Shown here piece after piece: positions 45,000 to 54,168 of a stretch of DNA of 64,000 nt (its first letter is position 1; every line of letters begins with the position of its first letter). Source of the stretch: a virus (lineage: Duplodnaviria > Caudoviricetes); the IMG/VR virus record IMGVR_UViG_3300048819_000116, positions 1,570 through 65,569 of that record; one strand, given 5' to 3'. The translations under genes and the position numbers were made by a program. The notes beneath the pieces were generated by a model. That model saw nothing but the letters and a program-made list of their open reading frames with translations. It was not told the DNA's origin and made no database searches.

Positions 45000-46181
45000 A
45001 TGGTAGCCACAGAACCGCGGGTCAGCTCCGGTTCCGCCCCACAGGCAGAACCTGCACAGCCGGTCAAACCGGCAAGTTCATTGCAGACATCCCAGGCAGA
45101 GCAGGAAAAGGCGACGATGGCGCTTCTCGGGTCAGCGAACAATCCCAAGGGGGTCTTAGACCTCGTGAAGGAGCTGACAAAGCAGGCGCCACGAAAGGAC
45201 CCCCCTCCGACCCCGGAGGACGGCACGTTCCCGGTTGAACCCGAGACGCCAGCCGCCCCGGAAGCCGCACCAGCCACGCCCGACGCGGGGACTCCCCCGG
45301 AAGGCGAGCCAGCGGCCCCGGCGGAAGGGGCAGAGCCCGCAGAGCCAGCCGCGCAAGCGGAACCCGACCCAGAGCCCGAACCGTCCGGCGAGGTAACACC
45401 CGTCAAGGCGGACAGGGCGCGCATCCGTCTCAACGAGAAGGATGAGGTCGGTCGGCTCGCAGCAGCCTACCAGATACGGAACCGCGACTGGACCCTCGAA
45501 CAGTGTCTCGCGGCGGCGAAGGAAAAGCTCGGCGTATCGCCAGCCACCCCCGCAGCCCCGGCGCCCGAGGCCCCCGCGCCCGTAGGCGACCCAAAGCTCC
45601 CGCGCACGATCAGCGAGGTTGACTCCACGATCGAGAGGCTGGAAGCCGACAAGGTCCAGGCAGCTAAGGACATCGACATGGCGAAAGTCAGCGAGATCGA
45701 CGTCCAATTGCGCAGGCTCGACCGCCAGAGGACCGCCCTTGAAAGGGCCGAGGAACGCGGAGCAACGCAGCAGGCAGCGGCCTACGACCGGCAATTCGCC
45801 GACTCGGAGACACGCGCCGCAGAATTTTACCCGTTCGTCTCGGACAAGGACAGCCCCCTTCGCCAGCGCATGATCGAGATCGAGGAATCACTGGAGGCCC
45901 TTTCGGACCCCCTGTTCCACGACCCGAACAAGCCGCTCCTCATCGCCCAGATGGTTGCGAAGGAAAACTCCATCGCGCCCAAGAAGGCATCTGCCGCCAG
46001 AGTCGCCGCGCCGGCCCAGCCCGCGGCACCGCGCCCGCCGCCCAAGGGGGTCCTCCCCTCCGGGTCGTCGCGCTCGGCCGCAGCCCCGCAAGTCAACCCC
46101 GTTGACGCGGCCATTTCCTCTATCAAGACCCAGGGTGACGTCCAGAAACTCATGAAGTCGCTAGGTGTAAGGCAGTTCTAA
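45000..46181 (+). CDS. capsid scaffolding protein
   Basis: Acidic P/A/E-rich N-terminus, coiled coil, PPPKGVLPSG tail; lies directly before the capsid gene. Confidence 0.65.
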   Translation: MVATEPRVSSGSAPQAEPAQPVKPASSLQTSQAEQEKATMALLGSANNPKGVLDLVKELTKQAPRKDPPPTPEDGTFPVEPETPAAPEAAPATPDAGTPPEGEPAAPAEGAEPAEPAAQAEPDPEPEPSGEVTPVKADRARIRLNEKDEVGRLAAAYQIRNRDWTLEQCLAAAKEKLGVSPATPAAPAPEAPAPVGDPKLPRTISEVDSTIERLEADKVQAAKDIDMAKVSEIDVQLRRLDRQRTALERAEERGATQQAAAYDRQFADSETRAAEFYPFVSDKDSPLRQRMIEIEESLEALSDPLFHDPNKPLLIAQMVAKENSIAPKKASAARVAAPAQPAAPRPPPKGVLPSGSSRSAAAPQVNPVDAAISSIKTQGDVQKLMKSLGVRQF

Positions 46182-46198
46182 TCACCCGGTTAAGGCAG

Positions 46199-46263
46199 GG
46201 AAGTGAACGCTAAGACGGCCCTCACACGGAGGGATTCCGTGCATCCATCAGCGTTTCACTTCC
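46199..46263 (+). promoter_or_regulatory. rod-like hairpin in the capsid gene 5' UTR
   Basis: GGAAGTGAACGCT pairs with AGCGTTTCACTTCC, ending at the base before ATG; inner ACGG/CCGT and CCCTC/GAGGG helices. Confidence 0.55.
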
Positions 46264-47748
46264 ATGACAAATTTCCAACTCGGCACACCGAACACAGGCT
46301 TGGCGCTCGCCAACATGAGCCCGGCCTCGGTGCGCCAAATCTGGCAGAAGGTCGTCGATGTCTTCGAGCAGTCCGAGGACTTCTGGCAGCAGTTCGAGGG
46401 GACGAGCAAGCACTCGCCCATCTGGGTCATCAATGACACCGCGGTCGGCAAGGGCCTGACCTTCAACGTTACGGCGCGCGCGGGCTACTACGGCCCGGGC
46501 AAGCTCGGGGACAACCTGTTCAATGTCCAGAGCGACTTCGAGACCGACGTCATCAACAACAACCAGATGGTCGCGGACTACCTGCGCAATGCGACGAGCA
46601 TCACGCAGAGGACCGACGAGTATCTCGGCATGCAGGGCGAGCTCGCCTCGGGCCAGGCTGAGGAGCTTGGCAAGTGGATGGGCCGCGAGAAGTCGGCGAG
46701 GGTCTTCATGACCATCCGGCTCCTGGGGCAGGCGAACAACTACTTCAACTCCAACGGCAAGTCGTCCGTCGGCGTCCTGAAGACAGCCGACGTCCTGACC
46801 TACAACGACATCCTGATGATGGGCCAGGCCCTGAAGCCGAAGGGTGGCACCCCCTGCGAGGTGGGCACCATTCGCGGGACCCCGGTTCGCAAGTACTGCG
46901 TCGTCGGGACGACCCCGGGCCTCTACGGGCTCAAGCAGGACCCGAACTACCAGCTCATCCTCCAGAACGCGGCCCCCCGCGAGAAGTGGGACGAGAACCC
47001 GCTCTTTCAGGGCGGCTACGCGGAACTGGACGGCCACTCCATCCGGGAGTACAACCCGGTTGACGCCGACGGCTACGCGGTCGCGGGCTCCGGGTTCAAC
47101 CCGAAGGCTTACCTCGGCACCGCCATCACGGCGGGGACAGGGGCCTTCGCGGTCGCGGGCGGCGGTTCGGCTGCGGCGGCTGCGGTCACAACCACGCAGT
47201 ACTTCAGGTACTTCGGCAACTACGCCTTCCCGTTCACGTCCCTGAACACGTACTCGCCGGGTTCGGCCGTGCAGTACTTCCTCGTCATCAACGCGCCCAG
47301 CGATCCCTACGGAAGCGGCGTCTCGATGTACGCCTACACGACCGGCAACAACGGCAACACGATCACGATCACGCAGCGCCTCGCTGCGGTGCAGAATGGT
47401 CCGGTCGCGCTCTCCACGGTCGGCAACGTCACATGGAACACCGGCCCCTGGGCGGGTCTCTGCAACGAGAACCACTCCATCGGCTCGACGATCGTCCAAT
47501 GCAACGCCTACGGCGTGCCGATCGGTCAGTCGGTCATGTTCGGCTCGGGCTTCATGCTCCGCGGCTACGGCTCCATGAGGAACCAGCGTTCCCAGTGGGT
47601 CGTGGACGGCGGGTTCGAGACCAGGAAGTACATCACGTCCGTCTTCGGCCAGCAGCTGCGGCAGAACACGAACGGGACCTATCCCGGCTTCGTCTGCATG
47701 ACGCACGCCCTCTCCTACCCGGAGCTCGGCCTGCCGGCGATCACGTAA
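46264..47748 (+). CDS. major capsid protein (HK97 fold, N4 gp56/DUF4043-like) with inserted domain
   Basis: Position after the scaffold; GKGLTFNV...G.G..GD, LTYNDI.......LKP, LFQGG..ELDG, MFGSG. Confidence 0.75.
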   Translation: MTNFQLGTPNTGLALANMSPASVRQIWQKVVDVFEQSEDFWQQFEGTSKHSPIWVINDTAVGKGLTFNVTARAGYYGPGKLGDNLFNVQSDFETDVINNNQMVADYLRNATSITQRTDEYLGMQGELASGQAEELGKWMGREKSARVFMTIRLLGQANNYFNSNGKSSVGVLKTADVLTYNDILMMGQALKPKGGTPCEVGTIRGTPVRKYCVVGTTPGLYGLKQDPNYQLILQNAAPREKWDENPLFQGGYAELDGHSIREYNPVDADGYAVAGSGFNPKAYLGTAITAGTGAFAVAGGGSAAAAAVTTTQYFRYFGNYAFPFTSLNTYSPGSAVQYFLVINAPSDPYGSGVSMYAYTTGNNGNTITITQRLAAVQNGPVALSTVGNVTWNTGPWAGLCNENHSIGSTIVQCNAYGVPIGQSVMFGSGFMLRGYGSMRNQRSQWVVDGGFETRKYITSVFGQQLRQNTNGTYPGFVCMTHALSYPELGLPAIT

Positions 47749-47766
47749 GAGCCTCGTGGCCTTATC

Positions 47767-47790
47767 GAGCCCCTCTGCAAAGGGGGGCTC
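47767..47790 (+). terminator. GC-rich hairpin with GCAA tetraloop after the capsid gene
   Basis: GAGCCCCTCT-GCAA-AGGGGGGCTC; no U-tract, so possibly only a stability element. Confidence 0.4.
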
Positions 47791-47817
47791 CATTAAGGGC
47801 ATAGGCCCATACGAACC

Positions 47818-48162
47818 ATGCGATTCCTATTCTCCGTGCCCGGCTCCCCCGTTGTCGGGGGCATGCGAAAGGGCGACTATGCGTGGAACCCCAAATATGG
47901 GAAGTTCCTCTACAAGGGCGAGCCAACCGACATCGCCGACTTCGATCGGGTCTCGAAGCTCTGCTTCGGCTCCCCCCTCTGCAAGATCCTGCCCCCCACG
48001 GTCTGCCGGTGCCCCGACGACCCGCCGGAGGCTCCCCCTGTCGGCCTGGGCCTCGAGCCCGGCGAGATCGGCCTCGACGAGGCCCTCGACGTCGTGGAGC
48101 GCCTTGCCCCCCACCGCCTGAAGGCCAAGACCGGGCCGAAGCCAGTCATGGCGACCGCGTGA
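47818..48162 (+). CDS. hypothetical protein
   Basis: Sits between the capsid and adaptor genes. Confidence 0.55.
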   Translation: MRFLFSVPGSPVVGGMRKGDYAWNPKYGKFLYKGEPTDIADFDRVSKLCFGSPLCKILPPTVCRCPDDPPEAPPVGLGLEPGEIGLDEALDVVERLAPHRLKAKTGPKPVMATA

Positions 48163-48163
48163 A

Positions 48164-48910
48164 ATGCCCGGCCTCACAATACAGCAAGCCGCAAACGACC
48201 TCCTCTCCAAGCTGGGGATCGAGGGGACCGACCCCACCGTAGCCCCTACGCTGGCGCAGCAGGACGTCATCATCGCCCTCAACTGGGCCGGACAGACGCT
48301 CCAGAGGGCCGGGCAGGATTACTTCACCCGGGCGACGCTCACGGTGGGCCTGTCGGCGGGGACCAGCATGTACGCCATCGCCCAGCCCATCCAGGAGGTG
48401 CTGGGCCCGATTCGGCTCAACGGGCAGGTGCCCTTGAACGCCCTCCTGTCCCGGGGCGAACTTGACCAGTTTGCCCGCATCTTCCTCGGGGAGAAGCTCT
48501 ACGGGACCGATACCGGGGTGCCGATCGCCTACTGGGTCGAGTACCTGAACAATCAGGCCGGGCAGGGGGACATCGAGCAGATCAACATCTACTTGGCGCC
48601 TACCCCCGGCGTCTTGGGTCCCGTCGTCCCCCTACCCGGAACCATCGTTGTCGAATGCGTTTACGCATGGACGAACTACGCCGTGGCCTCCATCGGGTCG
48701 ACGAACGTGCTGCCCATCGCCCGCCTCTACACGGAGTCCATCTTCCTTCCCCTTGCCCGCCGTGCCATCACCCGCAGCAGCCAGTTCAGCCGCAAGGACC
48801 TGCTGGCCCAGATCGAGGCCGACGGCGACGTTGCCATGCAGACCCTTGGGACGGGCGGCGGATTCCCGAACGTGCTCCAGCCCGAACCTGAACGGAGGGT
48901 CACGGCATGA
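48164..48910 (+). CDS. head-tail adaptor-like protein 1
   Basis: N-terminal helices DVIIALN.A, GTSMYAI, GVPIAYW, IYLAPTP, ESIFLP.A. Confidence 0.6.
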   Translation: MPGLTIQQAANDLLSKLGIEGTDPTVAPTLAQQDVIIALNWAGQTLQRAGQDYFTRATLTVGLSAGTSMYAIAQPIQEVLGPIRLNGQVPLNALLSRGELDQFARIFLGEKLYGTDTGVPIAYWVEYLNNQAGQGDIEQINIYLAPTPGVLGPVVPLPGTIVVECVYAWTNYAVASIGSTNVLPIARLYTESIFLPLARRAITRSSQFSRKDLLAQIEADGDVAMQTLGTGGGFPNVLQPEPERRVTA

Positions 48911-49797
48911 CGACCGTCCAATACCTTGAGCGCGTGGCCCGCAGGACGAAGCAGGGGCTCCTTACGAGCCTTTCCCTGACGGAGCAGAACGATGTCCTTC
49001 AGGCGGCAAATGCGGCCCTGATGAGGCTCTACAACGCCCTCCCTGAGTACCTGCGGGAGCAGACGCAGGGCTTCACCCTGGCGGCGCCGGTCACGCTCAC
49101 CAACATCTCGGTCACGGCGGGCTCGACCGCGGTCTCATCCGGCGTCTTCAGTCCCACGCAAATCGGCTGCTCGGTGCTGATCGCGGGCGACCCGTCCTAC
49201 AACCAGATTCTCGGCACCTCCCAGCTGCGCAACCCCTACAACGGGCCGAGCGGGGTCGCTGCGACGGTGACTGTATATGGCGACGCCCTCTATTCGACGA
49301 CCTACCCCTTCGACCGGGTTATCGGCAACCCGACCTACACGAACACCGGACAGGTCTCCCTCTCCCCCATGAACATCGGCCGGCAGAACGGGGAGGCCAA
49401 CTGGATTCTCAACACCGGCCCGGCCATGCCGCGCGCGTGGTGGATGCAGTACCTTGGCAACTCGCAGGGGGCGCTCCCGGGGGCGGTGCTCAAGTTCCTC
49501 CCCTTCCCGGACCAGGCGTACCCGATCAAGATACGCATGTCCTTCTGGCCGCTGCGGCTCCTCCAGCAGGACATTCAGGCGGCGACGACGCTCACCGTGC
49601 CGGACCAGTTCCTCGAGACCGCGCTCATTCCCATGGCGGTCAAGGATCTCATGGGCACCGCTTCTTGGAACTCGATTTCCAAGGAGAGCGATGCCATGGC
49701 TATACAGAGTGACAAGGACGCCATGTACTTTCTGAAAGACCAAATCGCCGACCCGGCAGCGCCCGCGAACGGCCAATACTGCCCGATAGGCTTCTAA
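48907..49797 (+). CDS. head-tail adaptor-like protein 2
   Basis: DVLQAANAA, AMPRAWW, LKFLPFPD, ETALIPMA. Confidence 0.6.
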   Translation: MTTVQYLERVARRTKQGLLTSLSLTEQNDVLQAANAALMRLYNALPEYLREQTQGFTLAAPVTLTNISVTAGSTAVSSGVFSPTQIGCSVLIAGDPSYNQILGTSQLRNPYNGPSGVAATVTVYGDALYSTTYPFDRVIGNPTYTNTGQVSLSPMNIGRQNGEANWILNTGPAMPRAWWMQYLGNSQGALPGAVLKFLPFPDQAYPIKIRMSFWPLRLLQQDIQAATTLTVPDQFLETALIPMAVKDLMGTASWNSISKESDAMAIQSDKDAMYFLKDQIADPAAPANGQYCPIGF

Positions 49798-49817
49798 CCA
49801 TCCAACCACCACCCGCC

Positions 49818-50144
49818 ATGGGAGCACCAAAAATCTACACGCCAAGCGCCCTCCAAGTCGTCGACACCAACCTCCCCGGCGAGGGTGACAGCGACTTCAT
49901 CAGCGACACGAACGTCCACTACGGCAGCTGGTACGGCTTTCTCGCCACCGCCGCCGTCTCGGGATGCGACCTCACGGGCGGGAGCGTGAACGGCACCGTG
50001 ACAAGCGTCCCCATCCCGGCGGGCGCTTGGGTGCCGGGCCGCTTCAGCTACATCAAGCTCGCTGGCGGCAGCGTCGTCGCCTACCGCAACCCGACGCAGA
50101 CCAACCCGTCGAGCCCGACCGTCCCGCCGCCCGACCCCGAGTAA
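49818..50144 (+). CDS. small virion/decoration-like protein
   Basis: Jelly-roll-like end IPAGAWVPGRFSYIKLAGGSVVAY. Confidence 0.5.
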   Translation: MGAPKIYTPSALQVVDTNLPGEGDSDFISDTNVHYGSWYGFLATAAVSGCDLTGGSVNGTVTSVPIPAGAWVPGRFSYIKLAGGSVVAYRNPTQTNPSSPTVPPPDPE

Positions 50145-50201
50145 GCAACTTGCAAGGCCCACAATAACCGCTAAACCGTCCGAAGAAGGACGACCCACCA
50201 C

Positions 50202-51224
50202 ATGCCCTTTTCAAACGTCCCCCAGCCCCCGTTCACCGGCGTCATCGGCACCGACGACCAGATCAACATCAAGCGGTCGAACGGCATCCTGTTCAACGAA
50301 CTGGGCGGCGTGCCGATCGGGAGCATCCTGGCCTTGGCCTCGACGCTGCCCAACTTCTCGCCGGAGCTGGGGGTCTCGGCGGGCGCGTCGGCGGGCAGCT
50401 TCTCGGCCCTCACCTTCTCGAACTCGAACGGGGTATCGTTTGGCATCTCAAACGGCGTCGTGACGGGGACCGTCCAGTCCACCGGCCTCGCCTCGGAGTG
50501 GAACCCCCCGGCCTTCGGAAGCTCCATCGTCAGCAATTCGTCCTTGGGCCAGAACTCCATCTACTTCGCGCCGTTCGACATCGAGGAGCCGCTGAATGCC
50601 TTCCGCCTGAACCTGTTCGCCTCGGTCGGCACGTCGTCGGGGCAGGCGTCGAACTCGACATGGGGCGTCGGCTTCACAGGCAGCGCCGCCCTCTACCAGC
50701 GCGACGTCGGCACGAACTCGACGCAGGCGACCTCCTTCTGGAGCGGAAGCTTCTTCTTCAGCGCGCAGGGGAGCAGCAACAGCAACATGACGATGACGGT
50801 GCCGATCGGCATCCTCAACTCGACGGCGATGCAGACGACGACAGGGCAGTCGTCCTCCTACCTTGCGTCCAGCGTGGGCGGCTTCCGCGCCATCCCGATG
50901 CCCATGTCGCTGACGCTGTTCCCGGGGCGCTACATCCTCGCGTTCGCCAACAGCAGCTCGACCTCGAATCTGGCGAACACCCTTGCCTTGACCTTCATGC
51001 AGCAGACGTTCGGACAGCTCCAGTTCCGGCCACTCGGCACGTCGTCCGCCGCGTCGAACGCCAGCTTCTTCGATCCCAACGGGGGCTTCGGCACGTTCAG
51101 CGCGACGTCGAACGCCTTCCCGGGCAGCGTGGCCCTGAACTCGAACTCGATCCTTGCCGCGACCGCCGCCACCCGAATCATGTTCAACTTCTCCGGCTAC
51201 ACCACGGGCACGAACGTCCTGTAA
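50202..51224 (+). CDS. tail fibre/spike-like protein A
   Basis: Ser-rich; one FSNSNGVSFG unit; C-terminal domain paralogous to that of 51242..53524. Confidence 0.6.
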   Translation: MPFSNVPQPPFTGVIGTDDQINIKRSNGILFNELGGVPIGSILALASTLPNFSPELGVSAGASAGSFSALTFSNSNGVSFGISNGVVTGTVQSTGLASEWNPPAFGSSIVSNSSLGQNSIYFAPFDIEEPLNAFRLNLFASVGTSSGQASNSTWGVGFTGSAALYQRDVGTNSTQATSFWSGSFFFSAQGSSNSNMTMTVPIGILNSTAMQTTTGQSSSYLASSVGGFRAIPMPMSLTLFPGRYILAFANSSSTSNLANTLALTFMQQTFGQLQFRPLGTSSAASNASFFDPNGGFGTFSATSNAFPGSVALNSNSILAATAATRIMFNFSGYTTGTNVL

Positions 51225-51241
51225 GGCGGGCCACCCCCTAG

Positions 51242-53524
51242 ATGGACACCCGGCCCGGCAGCGCAGCCTACAATCCGCCCCCGGCGTTCACGAACAACAC
51301 GCCGACGGTGGACCCGGGCGTGCGTTCGCAGACGGACCTCATCAACGTCTCGACCGTCCTCCTCGTCCCGCCGGTCCTGAAGCTCTGGGTTGATTCGACG
51401 ACGAACACCCTTCAGGCGTGGACGCTACAGGCGGACGCCCTTGGCCTCCTTCCGGCCGACTACAACGCGGTCAGCAACGTCAAGAGCTGGCACCAGAACC
51501 CTGCGGTCCAGTTTGTCGCGGGCGGCGTGACCTCCCCCGTCGCGGGGCAGTTCTTCTTCTCGAACAGCAACGGGGTGAGTTTCGGCCTAAGTGGGTCCAC
51601 CATGACGGCCTCCATCGTGGGCGGGGCCGCAGGCGGTGCGGCGCTGTCAGCAGGCACGCAGCTTGCCTCCAGCGGGACGGTCGTTTTCTCAAACTCCAAC
51701 GGGATCACCTTCGGCATGTCGAACAGCTCAGTCTTGACCGCCAGCTTCTCGGCGCCCCCGGCGCAGACAGCCTACGTGTTCAGCAACTCCAACAACGTCA
51801 CGTTCGGGACGAACGGCAGCACGCTGACGGCCTCGGCGTCGTTCCCAGCGGCCACCGCGTTCGTCCTGTCCAACTCGAACGGCGTCAGCTTCGGCACCAA
51901 CGGAAGCACGGTGACGGCCAGCGTTGCGGCGCAGACTTCGGTCGTCTTCTCGAACTCGAACAACGTCTCCTTTGGCGTCAACGCGGGCACCCTCACCGCC
52001 TCGGCCTCCGTCGCCAGCAGCCAGGGGAGCATCACGGTCAGCGGCGGGGCAAGCTCGGCGGCGCTATCGGCCCTGACGTTCTCAAACTCCAATGGAGTGT
52101 CCTTTGGTCTAAGCACAGGCGCAGGCGTCGGCACGATGACGGCCAGCCATGCGCTGAACGTCTCGGCAAACGGGGGGACATCAAACGCGCTCAGCGCGAT
52201 CACGTTCAGCAACTCAAACAACGTGTCGTTCGGGCTATTGACCGGCGCAGGGGTGGGGACAATGACGGCCTCCATCGCCACTTCACTGACGAACGTCTTT
52301 GTGAGCGCAGGGGCGTCCAGCCTCAGCCTCTCGGCCATCACCTTCTCGAACAGCAACAACGTCTCCTTCGGTCTCTCGGGCAACTCCGTCATGACGGCCT
52401 CCGTGACCGTCGCGTCCACGCAGGGGAGCGTGAAGATGAGCGCCGGGGCAAGCAGCGCCTCAATGAGCGCCGTGACGTTCAGCAACTCGAACAACGTGAG
52501 CTTCGGCTTCTCCACCGGAGCGGGAGTTGGAACGATGACCGGCAGCTATGCCTTGAATGTATCCGCAGGGGGCGGTACATCGAACGCCCTGTCGGCGCTG
52601 ACCTTCGCGAACAGCAATGGCGTGACCTTTGGCCTCTCGACTGGAGCCGGGGTCGGGACGATGACGGCCAGCCATGCAATCAACGTCTCGGCGGGCAGCA
52701 CGTCGAACAACCTGTCCGCGATCACGTTCTCGAACAGCAACGGGATCAGCTTTGGGCTGAACGGCAGCGTGGTGACGGCGGCGGGGGCGTCATTATCGAA
52801 CTTCGAGGCACCGGCTGCGATGATTTCACAAGCTGGCGCCGTGGATGTTGCATCCGCAAATTTAATGTATTTCAGCCCCTTCGTTGCTCCTATGGGGGTT
52901 TCTTTTTCTCGCATAAATCAATTCGGGACAGTGACCATGTTCGGCGCAAGCAGCGCCGTGGGCACCAGCGGGCAGCAGGGTTTCACCCAAGGCTTTGCCT
53001 TGTATTCTCGGTCCGCTACTGGCGTTGCTGGGAGCACAAATATAGTTAGCTTCTTTACGACATCGGCCACCTATTCAGGGGCGTGGTCATGCTCGGCAAC
53101 GAGCATCTCAATGACCTATGGCTGGCAGACTGGAAGCACCAATGGTAGCTCTAGCATTTCTTTTAGCGGCCAGACAACCGGCCTGACGAATGCCAATTTC
53201 GCGGGGGTCGCCAATCTTTCGTTGGGAGGGACAGGAACATTTGGCGCTGGGGAATACTGGATGGCATATTCGGCATCGAGTTCGTCGGCTGGCGGAGCGT
53301 CAGCCAGTTCGATCATGCGATTTTCCCTCGGCATGTTCGCGTTCCCAGCTTCAACGGTTTACTTGCCGGGGTACGGACAGGCGCCCGGCCAAAGTTCTCC
53401 GCTTGTGGGCGTGGGTGTATATTCGGCCACGTCGGCAGCATTCCCGGCTACTGTCGCCTTGAGTGCCGTGGTTTTATCCGGCAACGGGAACCAGAGCCGT
53501 ATTTACGCGAACTTCCAAGCCTGA
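51242..53524 (+). CDS. tail fibre-like protein B with 11 FSNSN(G/N)VSFG-type repeats
   Basis: Repeats directly visible; S/T/G/A-rich; lower-GC C-terminal domain. Confidence 0.7.
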   Translation: MDTRPGSAAYNPPPAFTNNTPTVDPGVRSQTDLINVSTVLLVPPVLKLWVDSTTNTLQAWTLQADALGLLPADYNAVSNVKSWHQNPAVQFVAGGVTSPVAGQFFFSNSNGVSFGLSGSTMTASIVGGAAGGAALSAGTQLASSGTVVFSNSNGITFGMSNSSVLTASFSAPPAQTAYVFSNSNNVTFGTNGSTLTASASFPAATAFVLSNSNGVSFGTNGSTVTASVAAQTSVVFSNSNNVSFGVNAGTLTASASVASSQGSITVSGGASSAALSALTFSNSNGVSFGLSTGAGVGTMTASHALNVSANGGTSNALSAITFSNSNNVSFGLLTGAGVGTMTASIATSLTNVFVSAGASSLSLSAITFSNSNNVSFGLSGNSVMTASVTVASTQGSVKMSAGASSASMSAVTFSNSNNVSFGFSTGAGVGTMTGSYALNVSAGGGTSNALSALTFANSNGVTFGLSTGAGVGTMTASHAINVSAGSTSNNLSAITFSNSNGISFGLNGSVVTAAGASLSNFEAPAAMISQAGAVDVASANLMYFSPFVAPMGVSFSRINQFGTVTMFGASSAVGTSGQQGFTQGFALYSRSATGVAGSTNIVSFFTTSATYSGAWSCSATSISMTYGWQTGSTNGSSSISFSGQTTGLTNANFAGVANLSLGGTGTFGAGEYWMAYSASSSSAGGASASSIMRFSLGMFAFPASTVYLPGYGQAPGQSSPLVGVGVYSATSAAFPATVALSAVVLSGNGNQSRIYANFQA

Positions 53525-53585
53525 TTCTATTTAAGCCGGAAAAGTGCTTGACTTGATTCCGCCGCTGTAGGAGCGTTGCCGCGCC

Positions 53586-54122
53586 ATGAAAAACATACTA
53601 AGGTCAGTTCTTATCGCCGCAGCCATCGCGCTGTGCGGCTCGCTCAGTCTCAACGCTCAAACATACGGGGGCGCCGTCTCGATCCCGTTCTATGCACCGG
53701 CGAACAACGTCATCACCCCGAAGGGTTCGAGTACCGCGCAGCCCTTTTTCGTCGGCGGTATCCTGGCGACATCGACGCAAGTCTTCGATGCCACTGGCTA
53801 TACGCAGGCGCGAGTCCTGTACGGGACGAACGGCAGCGGCATCTATGCGCCCTACTCGGGCGTGAAGTTGCTCGTGCGCTATCTGCCCGTCACGGGGGCC
53901 ACGTTCAAAGACAACACCTTCACGGACTACCTGCCCCTCGGCTTGGGAGGTTCTGATGTTTCGTCCACCACCACCGGAGTCACCCAGGAAATCGAGATTG
54001 GACAGTGGACGGACTTGGACGCAGGTGCCATCGGCAACGACGCCCTGATCTTGGGCATCGTGGACCCATCGAACTCGAACAAGCAAATGATGGTCCTAAA
54101 CATGGTGATCCAGTTTCGCTGA
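53586..54122 (+). CDS. protein with N-terminal signal peptide
   Basis: MKNILRSVLIAAAIALCGSLSLNA-Q. Confidence 0.55.
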   Translation: MKNILRSVLIAAAIALCGSLSLNAQTYGGAVSIPFYAPANNVITPKGSSTAQPFFVGGILATSTQVFDATGYTQARVLYGTNGSGIYAPYSGVKLLVRYLPVTGATFKDNTFTDYLPLGLGGSDVSSTTTGVTQEIEIGQWTDLDAGAIGNDALILGIVDPSNSNKQMMVLNMVIQFR

Positions 54123-54123
54123 G

Positions 54124-54158
54124 TTCCGGCTTGACTAGCGAATGGCGGGGGCGATTCT
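54124..54158 (+). promoter_or_regulatory. third copy of the TTCCGGCTTGAC promoter motif
   Basis: TTCCGGCTTGACTAGC; TTGACT-16-GATTCT; ATG 54169. Confidence 0.45.
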
Positions 54159-54168
54159 GGGGCCGAAG

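Noticed and set aside
44897-45433. N-terminal 179 aa of track ORF 42722..45433
   Set aside because: It is antisense to the scaffold gene and crosses the AT-rich promoter region; GTG 44896 is the better start.
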